NCBI GenBank assembly: GCA_013239625.1
Contig: MU054323.1
Span: forward strand, 7,119,220 to 7,183,219
Direction: 5' to 3'
DNA length: 64,000 nucleotides
DNA from: Lama guanicoe
Lineage: Eukaryota
Shown here: piece after piece, positions 27,680-40,565 of the stretch
Layout of the letters: the number at the start of each line of letters is the position of its first letter
Numbering within the stretch: position 1 is the stretch's first letter
Made by a program: the position numbers and the translations under genes
Notes under the pieces: generated by a model
Told to the model about the DNA's origin: nothing
The model's database searches: none
The model's input: only the letters and a program-made list of their open reading frames with translations

Positions 27680-27890
27680 TAATGGGCTGGTCATCCCAAC
27701 CCTACGAGGCAGCTGCTCTTGTCAGCCCCATTTTAGAGGTGGGGTGATTGAGGCACAGGGAGCTGAAGTAACCTGCCCTAGATCAGCCTCCTACTAAGTG
27801 CCCTAGATCAGCCTCCTACTAAGTGGGAGTTTGGATTCAGAAATGCAGCCTGGCTCCAGACCTCTTCTGATAATCGTAACACTATTCTGC
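27680..27890 (-). mobile_element. MIR SINE containing a 25-bp tandem duplication
   Basis: ccccattttagaggtggggtgattgaggcacagggagctgaagtaacctgcccta. Confidence 0.65.
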
Positions 27891-28714
27891 CCCTAACATG
27901 AGAGATGAAGTCTCTACTTTAAGCCCTAGAGCCTCACCTCCATCTCAGCCAGGTTTTAGTGCATTTCTCAGGTGGACTTCCGCAGGGGGTGTGGTCCCTT
28001 GAGCAGGGTCCCCATGAAGAAGCCCAGTTTGATCCTCTGATCCACAATTACCAAAGTTTCCATTTGGGCCTCCTCCTGCAGCCCTGGGGAACTCAGGAGC
28101 AGCTTGTGGTGGGCTCTCCCTCAGAGCTGCCCCCGTGGGGACACTGCAGGCCAACGTTCCGTGACCAGGTTATCTGGGCGGGTCATCTGTGCTGTCGCAC
28201 TTCCAGACTCGGGGAAGGGAAGCTCCTCCCATCAAGCTATCAAACCCGAGGTCCCCAAAGATGTTCAGAGATCCTGGTACCAAAAGGTGACTGTTTTATT
28301 AGCCCTGGAACCACCTGGGAGGTAATAAATGAGGGACACACCCTCTGAGTGGCGGTCTCATCACCAGACCTCATAATAGAGCAAGCATCTTACAGAGCGA
28401 GGCGATGGAATGAGCCTGGAGGCTGCAGTTCTGGGCCTCAGAGATGGAGCCATGGCAGGGCCAGCCATCTGACCCTTGGTTCAACCCCAAACCACCCCAG
28501 TTCAAAGGAGGTGGCCATCTCTTCAGCCTTGGGTGGCTTCGATTATCCAGGACATGGTTTCCCACACTTTGCCAACATACTGCTTATGCTTCTCCCTCTT
28601 AGCCTGCTTTGGGTCATTTTCATAGCAACTGGTCCAGCTTACCAGCAGAGAGACAAAGGACTTGGGGTCTTAGACGCCCTGCCCCAGAACCTGCAGGATG
28701 GGACTTGGGGCGGA

Positions 28715-28852
28715 GGGTGTTGTTCAGAATGCAGATGCCTTGGTCCTACCCCCTGAGAGTCTTGTCCAACAGGCCTGGGGTGACTCCAAAGTCTGCATTT
28801 TCCACAAGCTGCCCAGGTCATTCTGCTGCACGTTAAAACTGAAAAACCACTG
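28715..28852. mobile_element. MER5-like hAT fragment
   Basis: aatgcagatgcc...gtctgcatttttccacaagctgcccaggtcattctg...gaaaaaccactgg. Confidence 0.6.
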
Positions 28853-29054
28853 GTGGAAGGCGAAGAGCATCAGAGTATCAGAATCCCCGAGTGCAAGGCC
28901 CAGCTCCGCCTGTCACAACTCTGGTTAAACTGAAATAATTCAGTTTCTCCCTCCGAGCCTCAGTTTCCTCCTCTTCGCAATGGGAGCAGTACATGCAGAT
29001 CCTACTAAACTCCCTGGCTTGCCAAAAGTTACATCAGATAATGGATGTTTTGGT

Positions 29055-29292
29055 AAGCTGAAAAAGGGCCCCTCCAAATATGTCCCAAACCTGCAAACGT
29101 CACCTTCTGTGGAAACAGGGTCTCTGCAGAAGTGATCAAGTTAAAGATCTTGATATGGGGAGATTATCCTGGATCATCCAGGAGGATCCTACGTGCCATC
29201 TCAAGGGTCTTGTAAGAGAGAAGCAGAGGGAGATTTGCCCCAAGGGAGGAAACGATGTGAATACGGAGGCAGAGATTGGAGTGATGCAGCCT
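29055..29292 (+). mobile_element. MaLR LTR (MLT1-like) 5' part
   Basis: atggggagattatcctggatcatccagg...cggaggcagagattggagtgatgcagcc. Confidence 0.75.
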
Positions 29293-32200
29293 GGGGGGAC
29301 TAACAGGGTGCGTGAACTGCAGGAGCCACAGAAACGTTTAATGCTGTCATTATGCAGAAAATAGGTGTTAACTCCCTCTTTCACGTGTTGCTGCCATCCC
29401 AGTGTTAAAGATGGGGCATTGGCTCCTCCTGACGCAAAGTCCTGTGTCTCTAAATAACTTCCTCAAGGACCTGGGTCTTTTGAATGTTTTGAAAGCTTCC
29501 AACAGAACAAGGTATGAATCAAAACAAAGCAAACGTGCTGCCCAGTGACCATGTTTGAAGCTGTTTTTCTGGCGAAGTGGGGTGGACAGCGCAGTGAGGG
29601 GCATTCCTCCAGGCAGGCTGTACGCCAGGCACTGCACACATCCCCTCACTGACCCTGGTGACCACCCCGTGGCATAGGCCCTATCATCCCCATTTTACAG
29701 ATGAGGAAATAGTGGCTCAGAAGTTACATGACCTCCACAGCCGCAGAGGACCAGAGGCAGAGCCAGGAGATGGGTGTCAGTGAGCCCAGCAGATGCAGGG
29801 GGCGCAGTCTATATTTAAGTAGACATTTACGTAGACTCTGAAGAGCCATCATGTTAAAATCGAAATTTGAGAAGGAGACTCAAAACTAAACTTCCGGGGA
29901 AGAAGAGTGACACTCCAAGGATGCACAGAGTCACAGAAGAAAAGAGTGAGGGAATTTTCCAGTGAGCTTAGCTGCTGTGACTGGCCTGGCTGGGAGAGAC
30001 TCAGAAGCGACTGCTGGGCTAATCTAGAAAAAAGCCTCTGTGGTTCTAGAAAAGGAGTCTCCACGCATGTATTCTACCCTGCCTTACCTCTGTGGCTGTC
30101 ACAGAATTTTCTGCTTTTAAACAGTGTTTGTAATCTCAATTTTAACCTCACAGCCAGGGGGCCCTAGTCGAAATACTGAGCAGCCCGGACAGCATGGCTA
30201 ACAGCCGGTCAGAACAGACTGGTCCCGAATGTGGCTCTGGCCACGCCTGACTGGCCGCCAGCCCTGCCTGTGGCTCACAGGACGGATGGGAGGAAGAGGA
30301 AAGTCAGAGCTGAATGTGAAGACGACTGGCTGTCACATCCGCAGAGATGAGGAGTCGGTTCAGAGAGGCCTCAGGGCAGGGAGAGGGGCTGGATGGGAGG
30401 GGAGGTGGCCAGGCTGCCCGCCGGAGATCCTGCTGTGTTTCTCCAGTGTGAGCCTCAGACCATCTAGCTGGCGAACCCCCGGGCCTCCTCCAAGGCTGGC
30501 CCAGCTTGTCTGGGGCTGGAGGCAGAAATCTGCATTATGGAGCCCCCTGGACTCTCTGTACCGTAGGGTTTGGAAACCAGCACCTTCACTCTTCCAGCCC
30601 TCTTGATAAGGCCAAAGTAAGGTCCCCCCACCACCCCCGGTGGCTTCTTCATCCTCTGTTCTCTCTGACAGTATCCACCGCCCCTATCCCCAGAGCACCT
30701 CTCCCGGGTCCTTTGGTCTGAGGCACAGGAGGAAGCAAAGAGCAGGAGGAAAGCCTGGAGGTTTTCTGGGCAGAGCTCAGGCCTGCCGTGCGTGAGGCCC
30801 GGGTTCCCCCTGCAGGACCCCAGGCAATTACATAACATCTGCAGGTCTTGGTCTCTTTGTCTGTTAAATGAGAAGAACAGTATCTCTGTCACTTACTGTC
30901 ATTTTAAGAAATGAAAGAGCTGATGTATGTAAAATGCTTAGGGTAGTACCTGATACGCGGATGTTCTAAACATCACTGCTATTAGCCCAGAAGCTCCTAC
31001 GCCACTGAACATAAAGTTTGGTTATTCATTCTCCTGCCATGCATTTGGGTCTACACAGTCACTGAATACCAAGGGGTAAAGTCTTTGATTGTTTCTCCCT
31101 CTTTTTTACTGGCCTCTTTTCATTTTCATTCTTGTTTTAATTATTCTGTAATGCATGCACTCTTGCATATACGTAGGCTTATCTTAAGCTGCCTCATCAT
31201 ATTTAAAGTGGATACAGTATAAATAAAAGATGTAGTGACTGAAGACTGGGCAGCTCAGTCCACACATGGGAAAACCAAAACATGAGAGAAGTCAAATGTC
31301 CCACTCAGAGCTCTCCCCGCCAGTCAGAGGTAGATCTGCATGACCCGGAGCTGCATGACCCATCTCAGTAGACGGACCAAGCCAGACCTCGGCCGTGGTG
31401 AGTGCAGCCTGGGAACATCCTGTCAGTGGTTACGAGCAGCGATGCACCCAAATTTAGCATCGGCCCCAGCATCAGCCTAAGTCCGTGTTCAAGCCTGTGG
31501 GGCTTAGGAGGTCACGTAGCCGACGGCCAGCCCTCTTATTGTTTCTGTAACTCCTGAGTTTTGTGTCTAATCAACTGTCCTGTGATCACATGGATTACCA
31601 CTAGCCTCGTCTACATAACCACATCAATAATGCAAGCGATGTCATCTGGATTTATTGCTAATATCAGAATACTCCTGTCCAAATACATGTACGCATTTTA
31701 GATATGCCTCAGAAGGCAAGGTTTCCTCATCTGTTCTGCATGTTGGGATTCTGTGAGTCAGCAGCAAACAAATGCATACTTATAACTGCAAGAACAAAAC
31801 ACTACAATAACTAATGATGTTTGTGGAAGTGGCTAATTTTCAGCCACAAAACGTTATGAGCAACTTTTAAATAGATGGGGCTGTAGATTGACAGTTGACA
31901 CTGAATAAGATGAGAGTGCACTAACAAGATACTTTAGGAATAACTCTGTATCCTTTTTGAACCAAAAAAGATTTGTAAAAATTAAATAATAATAACGAGG
32001 CAGAATAGTGGAGAATCTATTCAAGGTCTAGTCTGTTTAGAGTTGTTTGTGGTATTAAATTTACAACAGTAAACAAAATAACCTAGAAGAATTATATTGC
32101 ACTTTTAGTAATTTAACTCCACTCAGTCTGTGATTCCTGCTTCTCTGCGGGACTTGGTTGAAATCGAGTCCCTAGCACAGTGATGGCAGAAAGGATCCAG

Positions 32201-32734
32201 CAGCTGAGGATGCTGAGCGAGATGAACTGAACTGAAATGGCAGTACCTTTAAAATGTACTCAAAATTTTAATGTAATTATGTTTTAAAATCAAATTTCAG
32301 ATTTGTACTGATTTCCCAGAACGCATTTGAGGGCGGTGCTATATGCTTTGGCATTGGCTTTCGCTCAGTGTCAGGGTTACTCCTAACAGCTTTTCAGCCT
32401 GAGTGTGTGGTGCAGCTCTGAATGTAAGAGGGTGCAAGAGCTTAATGAGCCCCCTTCATTTTCTCTTCTCCATCCTCTGCTCACCCAGCAGGGAAGGGCT
32501 GAGAAGGGCCAGGGGTTCCAGTCTTATTGTGTAGGTGGGAAAGGGGAGCAGGATTTGGAACTTAGAGCTCCTGAGTGTGCTCTGGGAGGTAGACCTGGGA
32601 TGCATGGTTCCCAAGGTGTGTTTTCTTGTGGCTTCACTACGGCAAAGAATCTGGGAAGGCCAAGTTCCAAAGCGCAAAGGCGAGGGGCACGGTGGGTTAC
32701 CTCTCAGTGCATTTCCCTCTCTCCTCCCACACAG

Positions 32735-32856
32735 TTTGTCAAGTTCGCCAACATCGAGGAGGACACCCCATCCTACCATCGGAGCTACGATTTCTTCGTG
32801 TCTCGCTTCAGTGAAATGTGCCACTCCAGCCATGAGGACTTGGAGATCAAGACTAA
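32735..32856 (+). CDS. EFR3B: EFR3B exon 5 (122 nt), FVKFANIEEDTPSYHRSYDFFVSRFSEMCHSSHEDLEIKT(K)
   Basis: acacag|TTT and AA|gtgagt. Confidence 0.96.
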
Positions 32857-33289
32857 GTGAGTATAAGGCAAGGTGGGGAGGCTGCGCCTCTAATGACAGA
32901 AGCATCAGTGGGTCCTGCAGGGCTCCCAGTCCGGATTGCATGTCTGATGTCACTGGTGTTTGCCTCCGCTGTGACGTTGCGAGGGGAAAGAGTACCTAGC
33001 GGGACTTCGGTGAGTGCTTCGGCAGAGCTGGGTGCCCAGCATTTGCTTTCTAAAGGGACCGCCTCTAGGGACAGAAAACAGGGTGAGATATAGGATAATG
33101 GTCTGCTGAGCCAGGGACAGCACACACATGTGCACCCACCCAAGCTCTCTTGTTCAGAAATTCATGCATTTATACACCCTAGAAACACTCCCACTCACCA
33201 CTCTCCATCAAACTACACACCCACAAATAAAAAGCCAAAGACCTCACATTTGCCGATCCCTGCTGCCTTCCTGACTTCATCTCCTCCCC

Positions 33290-33737
33290 TCTCTCCCCTG
33301 CTCATTCCCCTGCAGCTACACAGGCCTTCTTGCTGTCTTGGAAGCACATGGGAACATTCCTGCCACAGGGCCTTTGCACAATTTGCACCTGTGCCTGGAA
33401 TGCTTCCTCTGTGGATCGGTACTGCTCACCCCTTCACCTCCTTCAGGCTTTTGCTCAAATGTCCCCTTGTCAACAGTGCCATCCCCTGAACATCCCCACA
33501 CATCCCCTCGCCTTCTCCCTCACCCTGCTCTGTTTCATTTCCCCATAGCACGTATCTCCTTCAAGCATGTTTCATAATTTACTTATGTTTCTCATTCATC
33601 GTCCGTCTTTCCTCACTTAGAATGTAAGCTCTGTGAGGGCAGGAATTGTTGTTTTGTTCACTGATGCATCCCAAGTGCTACAACATTTCCTGGAGAGCAG
33701 CAGACTCTCAATAAATACTTGTTGAGTAAGTGAATGA
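33290..33737 (+). mobile_element. L2 LINE 3' end
   Basis: cagggcctttgcaca...gcctggaatgct...tagaatgtaagctctgtgagggcagg...ctcaataaatacttgttgagtaagtgaatga. Confidence 0.85.
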
Positions 33738-34743
33738 TGCCATGAATGCTTTTCAGATAAACATCTTGAATTACAAGAACACATGTTTACACACACATAG
33801 TATTCACACTTGTAAAAAATACTTAACTCGCAGAAATACACTCATTGACATAGAAATAAAAGCCCTCAAATATAATCACAAAGAAATCCACACAAATAAA
33901 ACACAACCCTTGCATCAGGCTGGTGAAGCAGTAAAGCGGTGTTTTGTGTCAAGCATCGTCCTTAGAACTATAAGGTGTAAAGGATGAGAAGTAAACTCCT
34001 GCCTACAGAGAGTGCATTAGCCCCCTGGGGAGGCGATGTGAAACCAGAAAATGTGTTCAGAGGGAGAGGAGAAGGAAGGAGGGAGAAGGGCTGAGCTGCC
34101 CTTACCAACTAAAGCTGCAGGAGTCGGAGAAGGAAGGGGCTGGGGGCTGAGGCTGGGGGCCCAGAGTGCCCACAGGAGGCCAGCTGTCCAAGGGTTTGTT
34201 CTGGAGCTCAGCCGACGGCTCCTTCCTGCATCACGTCAGCACCTCGGGGGCCCGAGTGCCACATGATGTACAACAGCAGGGTCAGGTGCTTGCTGGCCGC
34301 AGATGATGGTCTGCATTGGAGGAACAGGAAGTGAACCCTTCCATCCCCCTGGTTGCTGGTTCCCAAAGCTTCCAAGCCAGTGAATGGCTCAGGGCAGGAC
34401 CCCACATGACTGATGCGGGATGTCCTGGCCTCCCCCGTCTCCCCTTTTTTGAACGAGTCAGGGGCCCCCTGGGGCTGTGCTGCTGCAGTGCCTCTGATGA
34501 GGCAAGTGTGGGTCGTGGGAGAAAGGAGCCCCTTATGTTCCCCTAGTGTTGGTTCCCGCAGCAGCAGCCTCACTCCAGATGGCTATGAAGAGGCCGAGAG
34601 GGGGCTGGAGAAGGTGGCAGAAGGGTCCAGAAGCAGGTGATGGGGAAGGTGCGGGACTGGAACCAGGTGTGGCTGTAATGGGTGCTGACCATGCAGGTGG
34701 TGCCACGCTTTTGGGAGGGGACACTCCTCATGCCACTCTACAG

Positions 34744-34892
34744 ACACACACACACACACACACACACACTCTCACACATATACACAGCTGCACACACACA
34801 CATACACAATCCATACAAACCACACACCGGTACAATGACATGCACACAATCACATACACTCTTACACACACACACACAGATACACACACACA
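34744..34892. repeat. CA-rich imperfect microsatellite
   Basis: Seen directly. Confidence 0.9.
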
Positions 34893-35951
34893 ATCCACGG
34901 TAGGAGGGGAGAAGGCTCAGAAGCAGAATGGTCACACTGTCCTGACAGTGTGGGGAGTGGACTGAAGGCTGAGAGAAGGGTGCTGAGACTTGCTCTGGCA
35001 ACCAGGCAGTGCCATCAGCACCCACAGGCTGGCCCCTGCCGCCCATGAAAGGAAGGCGGCTGAGCGGGAGGAGTTTTGCATCAGGCTCCTCTTGTGGTCT
35101 CTCTTCCATACCCTCTCTGTACCGCTTCTCCCTGAGCGCCGCCACCCCCCCACCCCGCCCTGTCCATTCACAGCCTTTGCAGAACCCAGAGCTCCTTTCC
35201 AAGGACTACCCTTGGGTCTTGTAAATAGGTGTGTGCGGGGTGTGTGTGTGTTTGTGTGGTCCCCTTGCGTTCAGAGACTCCCCAGGTCCCTTGCATATGG
35301 GCAGGCCCCCACTGAGCTCATTCCAAGGAGCAGTAAGAGGCTTCTTCTCCCCCAGGCCTGATCTTCCAAATTTATTTTGAAAGGGTCGGTCAGTTCTGGG
35401 CGTCATGGAATGAAATGTTTAACCAGGAAGGGATTATATGTAGAAGGGCTTCTGGGGAGATGGAAAGAAAGAGGAAAAATTAATTCACAGCCTCACATAA
35501 GGAAGCCCTGGGTAGAAAGTTTTCCACTCCCCGGGCTTGATTTCCTGCCAGCCAGGCTCTCTTGGGTGGAATGTATGAGTCCAGCACGTTTGGGATTGAT
35601 TTCAACAGAGCACTAGGGAACACCTTTTAACCTGGAGCCAAGAATAGTTAGCATAATTGTTTTCCAGTTACTTCGTTCTCAAGTCTGGACAGCCCCAGGC
35701 TCTGGGTGTTGACTGGGGGTCAAGATCAAAGTAGTGGAGTGTTTGCCCAGGGAATCCTTGTCCTTTGCCAGCAGCCCTAACTGGTCCTGGGCCAGGGGAT
35801 CTTGGTGCCTTAGGCACCTCCCAGCACCCAGTCATGGTCGCTAGGGAAAGCCCAGAGTAGCCCTGGTAACGGCACTGAAAACTGAAGCTGAAAAGACAAA
35901 TGGCAATGAAATATTTAGAAAAACAACTCAACTCCAATAATCATCAAAAGG

Positions 35952-36189
35952 GGGTTGAGGAGGATATTGCTCAGTGGTAGAGCCGGAGCTTAGCATGCAT
36001 GAGGTCATGGGTTCGATCCCCAGTACTTTCATTAAATAAAAAACAAACAAACAAACAAACAAACAAACCGAATTATCTCCCCCCACAAAAAAAGGTGGGG
36101 AGGAAAATAACTCAGTGGTAGAGAGCATGCTTAGCATGCATGGGGTCCTGGGTTCAATCCCCAGTACCTCCATTAAAGAAACAAACAAA
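35952..36189 (+). mobile_element. Two head-to-tail tRNA-derived SINEs (long form + short form)
   Basis: Two A-box/B-box heads (~35955 and ~36095), (AAAC)n tails, 17-nt direct repeat flanking the pair. Confidence 0.9.
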
Positions 36190-36409
36190 CAATAATCATC
36201 AAAAGGATATGAACTGAAATAGCTCCAAGATGTGAGGATTTTTCTGAGCCACAAAATTAGAGCAGATGTTTAAAATAAGATCCCCAGTGCTGAGGCGGGA
36301 ACAGTGAGGATGGCGGTCTCCTGCGGTTTGTGCGATGGGGGTGGGGAGAAGAATCAGGGAATATTGGGAACTTTTCATTTCTTACCTTTTGATTCATGGC
36401 AATGATCTG

Positions 36410-36765
36410 AAATGTAGTAAAGCACTTTGTACAGTGATGTCCATCGTAGCACTATTCCAGAAGCAAAAATTTTAGAAATGACTTAAATGCCCAATAGGAG
36501 AGTAGTTTAGAAAGTTTATCTGACAGTGTATCAGGCAACTATTCAACATGTTTGTGAGTTAATGTTGTGGAAAATTGCTTGTGATAGAATGCTATGGGGG
36601 GGAAATTATGTATGCAATAGGTTCTTAATTCTGTTATGTATTATATGAAAGAAAGGAAAGACACCAAAATGCCGTAATTATCTTTGAGTGGTGGTGGCAG
36701 GGGTAAATCATCTTTACACTTCTCTATAATTAGCATGTATTATTTTATAATTGGATTTTAAAAAG
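36410..36765 (+). mobile_element. Old L1 (L1ME-like) 3' fragment
   Basis: gatgtccatcgtagcactatt...aaatgcccaataggag...agcatgtattattttataat. Confidence 0.55.
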
Positions 36766-37324
36766 GAACTTCAGACTAAAATAAATAGCCAGTAAAAAGG
36801 GCCCCCTCCTGCAGGGCCATGCTGACTTGGTGAGTGCAGTGAGGACTGGGGGGTGTGTAAAAGTGGTCCCCTCTGTGCTGTTACTCACTTCCCCTCTGGT
36901 TTCTCAGCCGGCTTAGTCCCAGCTGAGATCCCCTTGTGCCTGAGAGCCTGAGCTCTGGGCCTCCCCCTCCTGCCAGTTCTTGGCAGCACTTGGGCTCTTA
37001 AATCTTGGGCTCAGGCTGGAGAAAACCCAGCTGGGTACTAAAGAGTCTGGCACCCTGGGGATGAAGCCTGGGTGATACAGGCAAGGGCAGTCTGGGAACT
37101 TCGGAGATGACCAGAAGGCACAGCCTTCAGGCTCATGTTCACCAGCACAAGAAGCTGATCAGCCAGGAGGCCAAGTCACACGAAGAGGAGAAGCTGGGCT
37201 CGGTTCTGCCTCTTGGTGGCTGAATGCATCCCTACTCCCCACGCTGTGCGCCTCTCCTTATCACTGGAGCTGGACTTGTCAGGGCTTGGGGACTTTTGGC
37301 CCCATGTCTCCCTTTTCCCTACAG

Positions 37325-37474
37325 AATCCGAATGTCGGGCATCAAAGGTCTACAAGGGGTGGTAAGAAAGACAGTGAATGACGAATTGCAGGCCAATATC
37401 TGGGACCCACAGCACATGGACAAGATCGTCCCATCACTGCTTTTCAATCTGCAACACGTGGAGGAGGCTGAGAG
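37325..37474 (+). CDS. EFR3B: EFR3B exon 6 (150 nt), IRMSGIKGLQGVVRKTVNDELQANIWDPQHMDKIVPSLLFNLQHVEEAE(S)
   Basis: ctacag|A and AG|gtaagc. Confidence 0.96.
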
Positions 37475-38563
37475 GTAAGCAGGTGAGGGAGGAGCTTGTA
37501 CAGTGGCTGTGTGCAGCCGTCCCGGGTGCTTGGCAACCACGCGGCTGGGGCTGGTTGGTGAACCCAGCTCCGAGGCCAGGGATCCCGGTTTTTGTGGCTT
37601 GTTCTACAGTGAGTCCAAAGCTGGTTCCCTAGGAGCTTTGGGTTTGGCGTTCTACCAGCCACTGTACCCTCCTAAGGTCTGTATTCCTGAAGGTGCGGGG
37701 CTCCCTGGGGTAAGAACCAAGAGTCGGGTCTCCTGGATCTTCTAGAGGAAGCAGCAGGCCAAGGAGGTTTTTTAATGCCTTTCATGGTTCCAGATGCTGA
37801 TGAGGACCCTTCCTTTCTTTCCCCTCACTTCCTAATGGAGTTTCAGGGCCTTCAACATGCCTGCTTGGCCAGCCTGTGGCCACTCAAAAGATGCACTGGT
37901 TTCCCCACTTTCAGTTGAGCCACCGCTGCTACAGACGGTGGGGAAGTTAGTGTGCCCTCTGGTGGTTGTTCCCGGAATAGCATATCCTCGGTGGTCTAGA
38001 GTGGTCTCAGGATGAGGAACCCTGGGGCTCCTTCTGTCCAGATCTGGGCTCACCTCCCATGACTTGAGTGCCACTGAGTCACACCTGAGCCAACCCCCAT
38101 GCCTTCCTTTTTCCCTCTCACTCTCTCCACTTCCTCCTCTCTCCCCCTTTCTTTTGCTTTCTCTATCTGCCTCCATCTCTTCTGATCTCATCTCTCTTTC
38201 CTTCCAAAGCCTTGGGGACATGAAGACACCCTAGGTCTGCGCCCCACCCCAACCCAGGCCCATGGAGCTCAGGGTAGCTATCTTTCCCACAGAAGCACAT
38301 CAGGCCTATCCCTAAAGATTTCCATAAAAAGAATTTTATTCTGCCTCCCACAGTCTTCCTCCTCTCTGGGCTTCCTTACCCCATTTAACTTCAGACAGCA
38401 TAGACTGCTCCCCCGTCCCCATGACTGAGTGCAGCCTACATCAAATTCCTGCTTATCCTACTGTGACCATTTGCATGAGTGAAGCACAGAAACCCAGGCC
38501 TGCACAAAGCTGCCTCCCAGCTCTGCATTCCCTCTTTCACACGTGTGCTGTGTGTTTCCACAG

Positions 38564-38698
38564 CCGGTCCCCTTCACCCCTCCAAGCACCAGAGAAGGAA
38601 AAGGAGAACCCGGCAGAACTGGCTGAGAGGTGCCTGCGGGAACTGCTGGGCCGGGCTGCCTTTGGCAACATCAAAAATGCCATCAAGCCTGTTCTCAT
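38564..38698 (+). CDS. EFR3B: EFR3B exon 7 (135 nt), RSPSPLQAPEKEKENPAELAERCLRELLGRAAFGNIKNAIKPVL(I)
   Basis: ccacag|C and AT|gtgagt. Confidence 0.96.
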
Positions 38699-39146
38699 GT
38701 GAGTGCCCCACCACAGCAGCCTTCAGCTTTGAACTGTTTCGGGTCTGGAACCTCCTTGGGGAGGAGGTGTTAATGGTTGTGGTGCTGTGGCCAAGTTGGT
38801 CCCTTCTCTGTTCCTGTGTGCCCTGCATTGTGGCATCAAAAGCTACCACATGGTGGCCAAGTGCAGTCTGGGGGAGAGAAATGGGCAGGAGAGCCCCTGA
38901 GGCTGAAGGAAGGTACCTGACTTCATTCCTGGGTCCACAGCTATGGAACCCTCCAACTCTGGGGCTGGAAGTGCCCTGAGGTCCCTCATGCTTCCCTTCT
39001 CTCACCTACCCCTGAAAGCCCTTGCTATGCCCCTGGGAGCTTTGAGAGGGGCCTGATGTCTCGGGAGGTGTCATTCTCCCACCAAACTTCTCCTCCTTAA
39101 CATCACTTGCGTTGCATAGTCACTCCCCATATCTTCTTCCTCACAG

Positions 39147-39225
39147 CCATCTGGATAACCATTCTCTTTGGGAACCCAAGGTGTTTGCCATCCGTTGCTT
39201 TAAAATCATCATGTACTCAATTCAG
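39147..39225 (+). CDS. EFR3B: EFR3B exon 8 (79 nt), HLDNHSLWEPKVFAIRCFKIIMYSIQ
   Basis: tcacag|C and CAG|gtatgg. Confidence 0.96.
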
Positions 39226-39974
39226 GTATGGTGGCTCCCCCGGTCCCCCTGGCCAAGGGCACCTCTGGGAGCGGGATGGTGCATGGCTGGAGAAAGCCAG
39301 CTGTCCTCTGTGGCTCCTAAGCCCCTAGTCGTCCAAACCGGCGCTGCCTAACCTAGCTGTGGAGAAGGACCAGTTTAGCTTTTAGTTCTAATATGTCACA
39401 GATCCATACTTTATAAAACACAATTACAAAGAACTCCTAGGAAAAGTAAATGAAAAACTCACACAAAATACAAGCCCATAGACCATAACTGGCTGCCATG
39501 GCTTTGTCAGATTGCTTACTAAACACTTACTCTCAATTTCCGTAGTTAGCTCAATGTAAACAGGCTCAGACAGATCTTGAATTGGCAGCAGGCCACAGGC
39601 CACCCTTTGAGCAGCACTGGACTAAGCCACGTGGCCTCTCGTGGCCCTTACCAATAAAACCTGGGACCTGGGAAAAATGAGAAGGAAGACAGTATTTTAA
39701 AATTGACTTTTGATCCATTTGAAGTGAAAGGGCCCAAGAAAAAAGTGGAAATCCAGGTCTTCACTAGGATTTGACTCAATTTCTTGTTGGACCAAGGTGG
39801 GGGGAAGGACTCAGGAAAAGGAACCAGGGTATCTGGGCCTCTTCCAATGCCTACATACTAGCTTTGGGACCTGCCTTTTGTCCACCCTGCTCTGGGTCCC
39901 TGTCGAGGGTGGCCCTGGCTCAGAAGCCATGTGGAGGTTGCTGTTTGGGGACCAGCACATCTTCCTCCCCCCAG

Positions 39975-40110
39975 CCGCAGCACTCCCACCTGGTTATCCA
40001 GCAGCTCCTGAGCCACCTGGATGCCAACAGCCGCAGCGCGGCCACGGTGCGGGCGGGCATCGTGGAGGTCCTGTCGGAAGCCGCCGTCATCGCCGCTACC
40101 GGCTCTGTGG
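39975..40110 (+). CDS. EFR3B: EFR3B exon 9 (136 nt), PQHSHLVIQQLLSHLDANSRSAATVRAGIVEVLSEAAVIAATGSV(G)
   Basis: ccccag|CCG and G|gtaaga. Confidence 0.95.
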
Positions 40111-40403
40111 GTAAGAGGGGTCCTCAGTGAAGGAGTGGGGGCTGGGGACACCCCCCCCCCCCGCCAAGGACAAAGAATTGCCCTTAGTAGTAGGCTGCCT
40201 CCCCTTCCAGAAAAGGGCAAGGCACCATAGGGAGGGGTCAGAGCCAGTTTTCCTCAGGAGGAGATATCAGCCAGGGAAGGTCGGCAGGCAGAGGAAGACC
40301 CTGGCTAGAAGTGGGCCCAGGCTTGCCGGGTAATACAGGGCAGGGGAGAAGGAGCGAGGGGTGCCAGCCCGGGGTTTCGGGTCTCCCACCCCGCTGCGCT
40401 CAG

Positions 40404-40565
40404 GACCCACAGTGCTGGAGATGTTCAACACTCTGCTGAGGCAGCTGCGGCTCAGCATCGACTACGCCCTGACCGGGAGCTACGATGGGGCGATCAGCCT
40501 AGGCACCAAGATCATCAAGGAGCACGAAGAGCGCATGTTCCAGGAGGCAGTCATCAAGACCATAG
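40404..40565 (+). CDS. EFR3B: EFR3B exon 10 (162 nt), PTVLEMFNTLLRQLRLSIDYALTGSYDGAISLGTKIIKEHEERMFQEAVIKTI(G)
   Basis: gctcag|GA and G|gtgggc. Confidence 0.95.

Noticed and set aside
36095..36172. tRNA-Ala-like sequences (here and in the other copies) as tRNA genes
   Set aside because: They have A-rich tails, target-site duplications and broken stems, so they are SINEs
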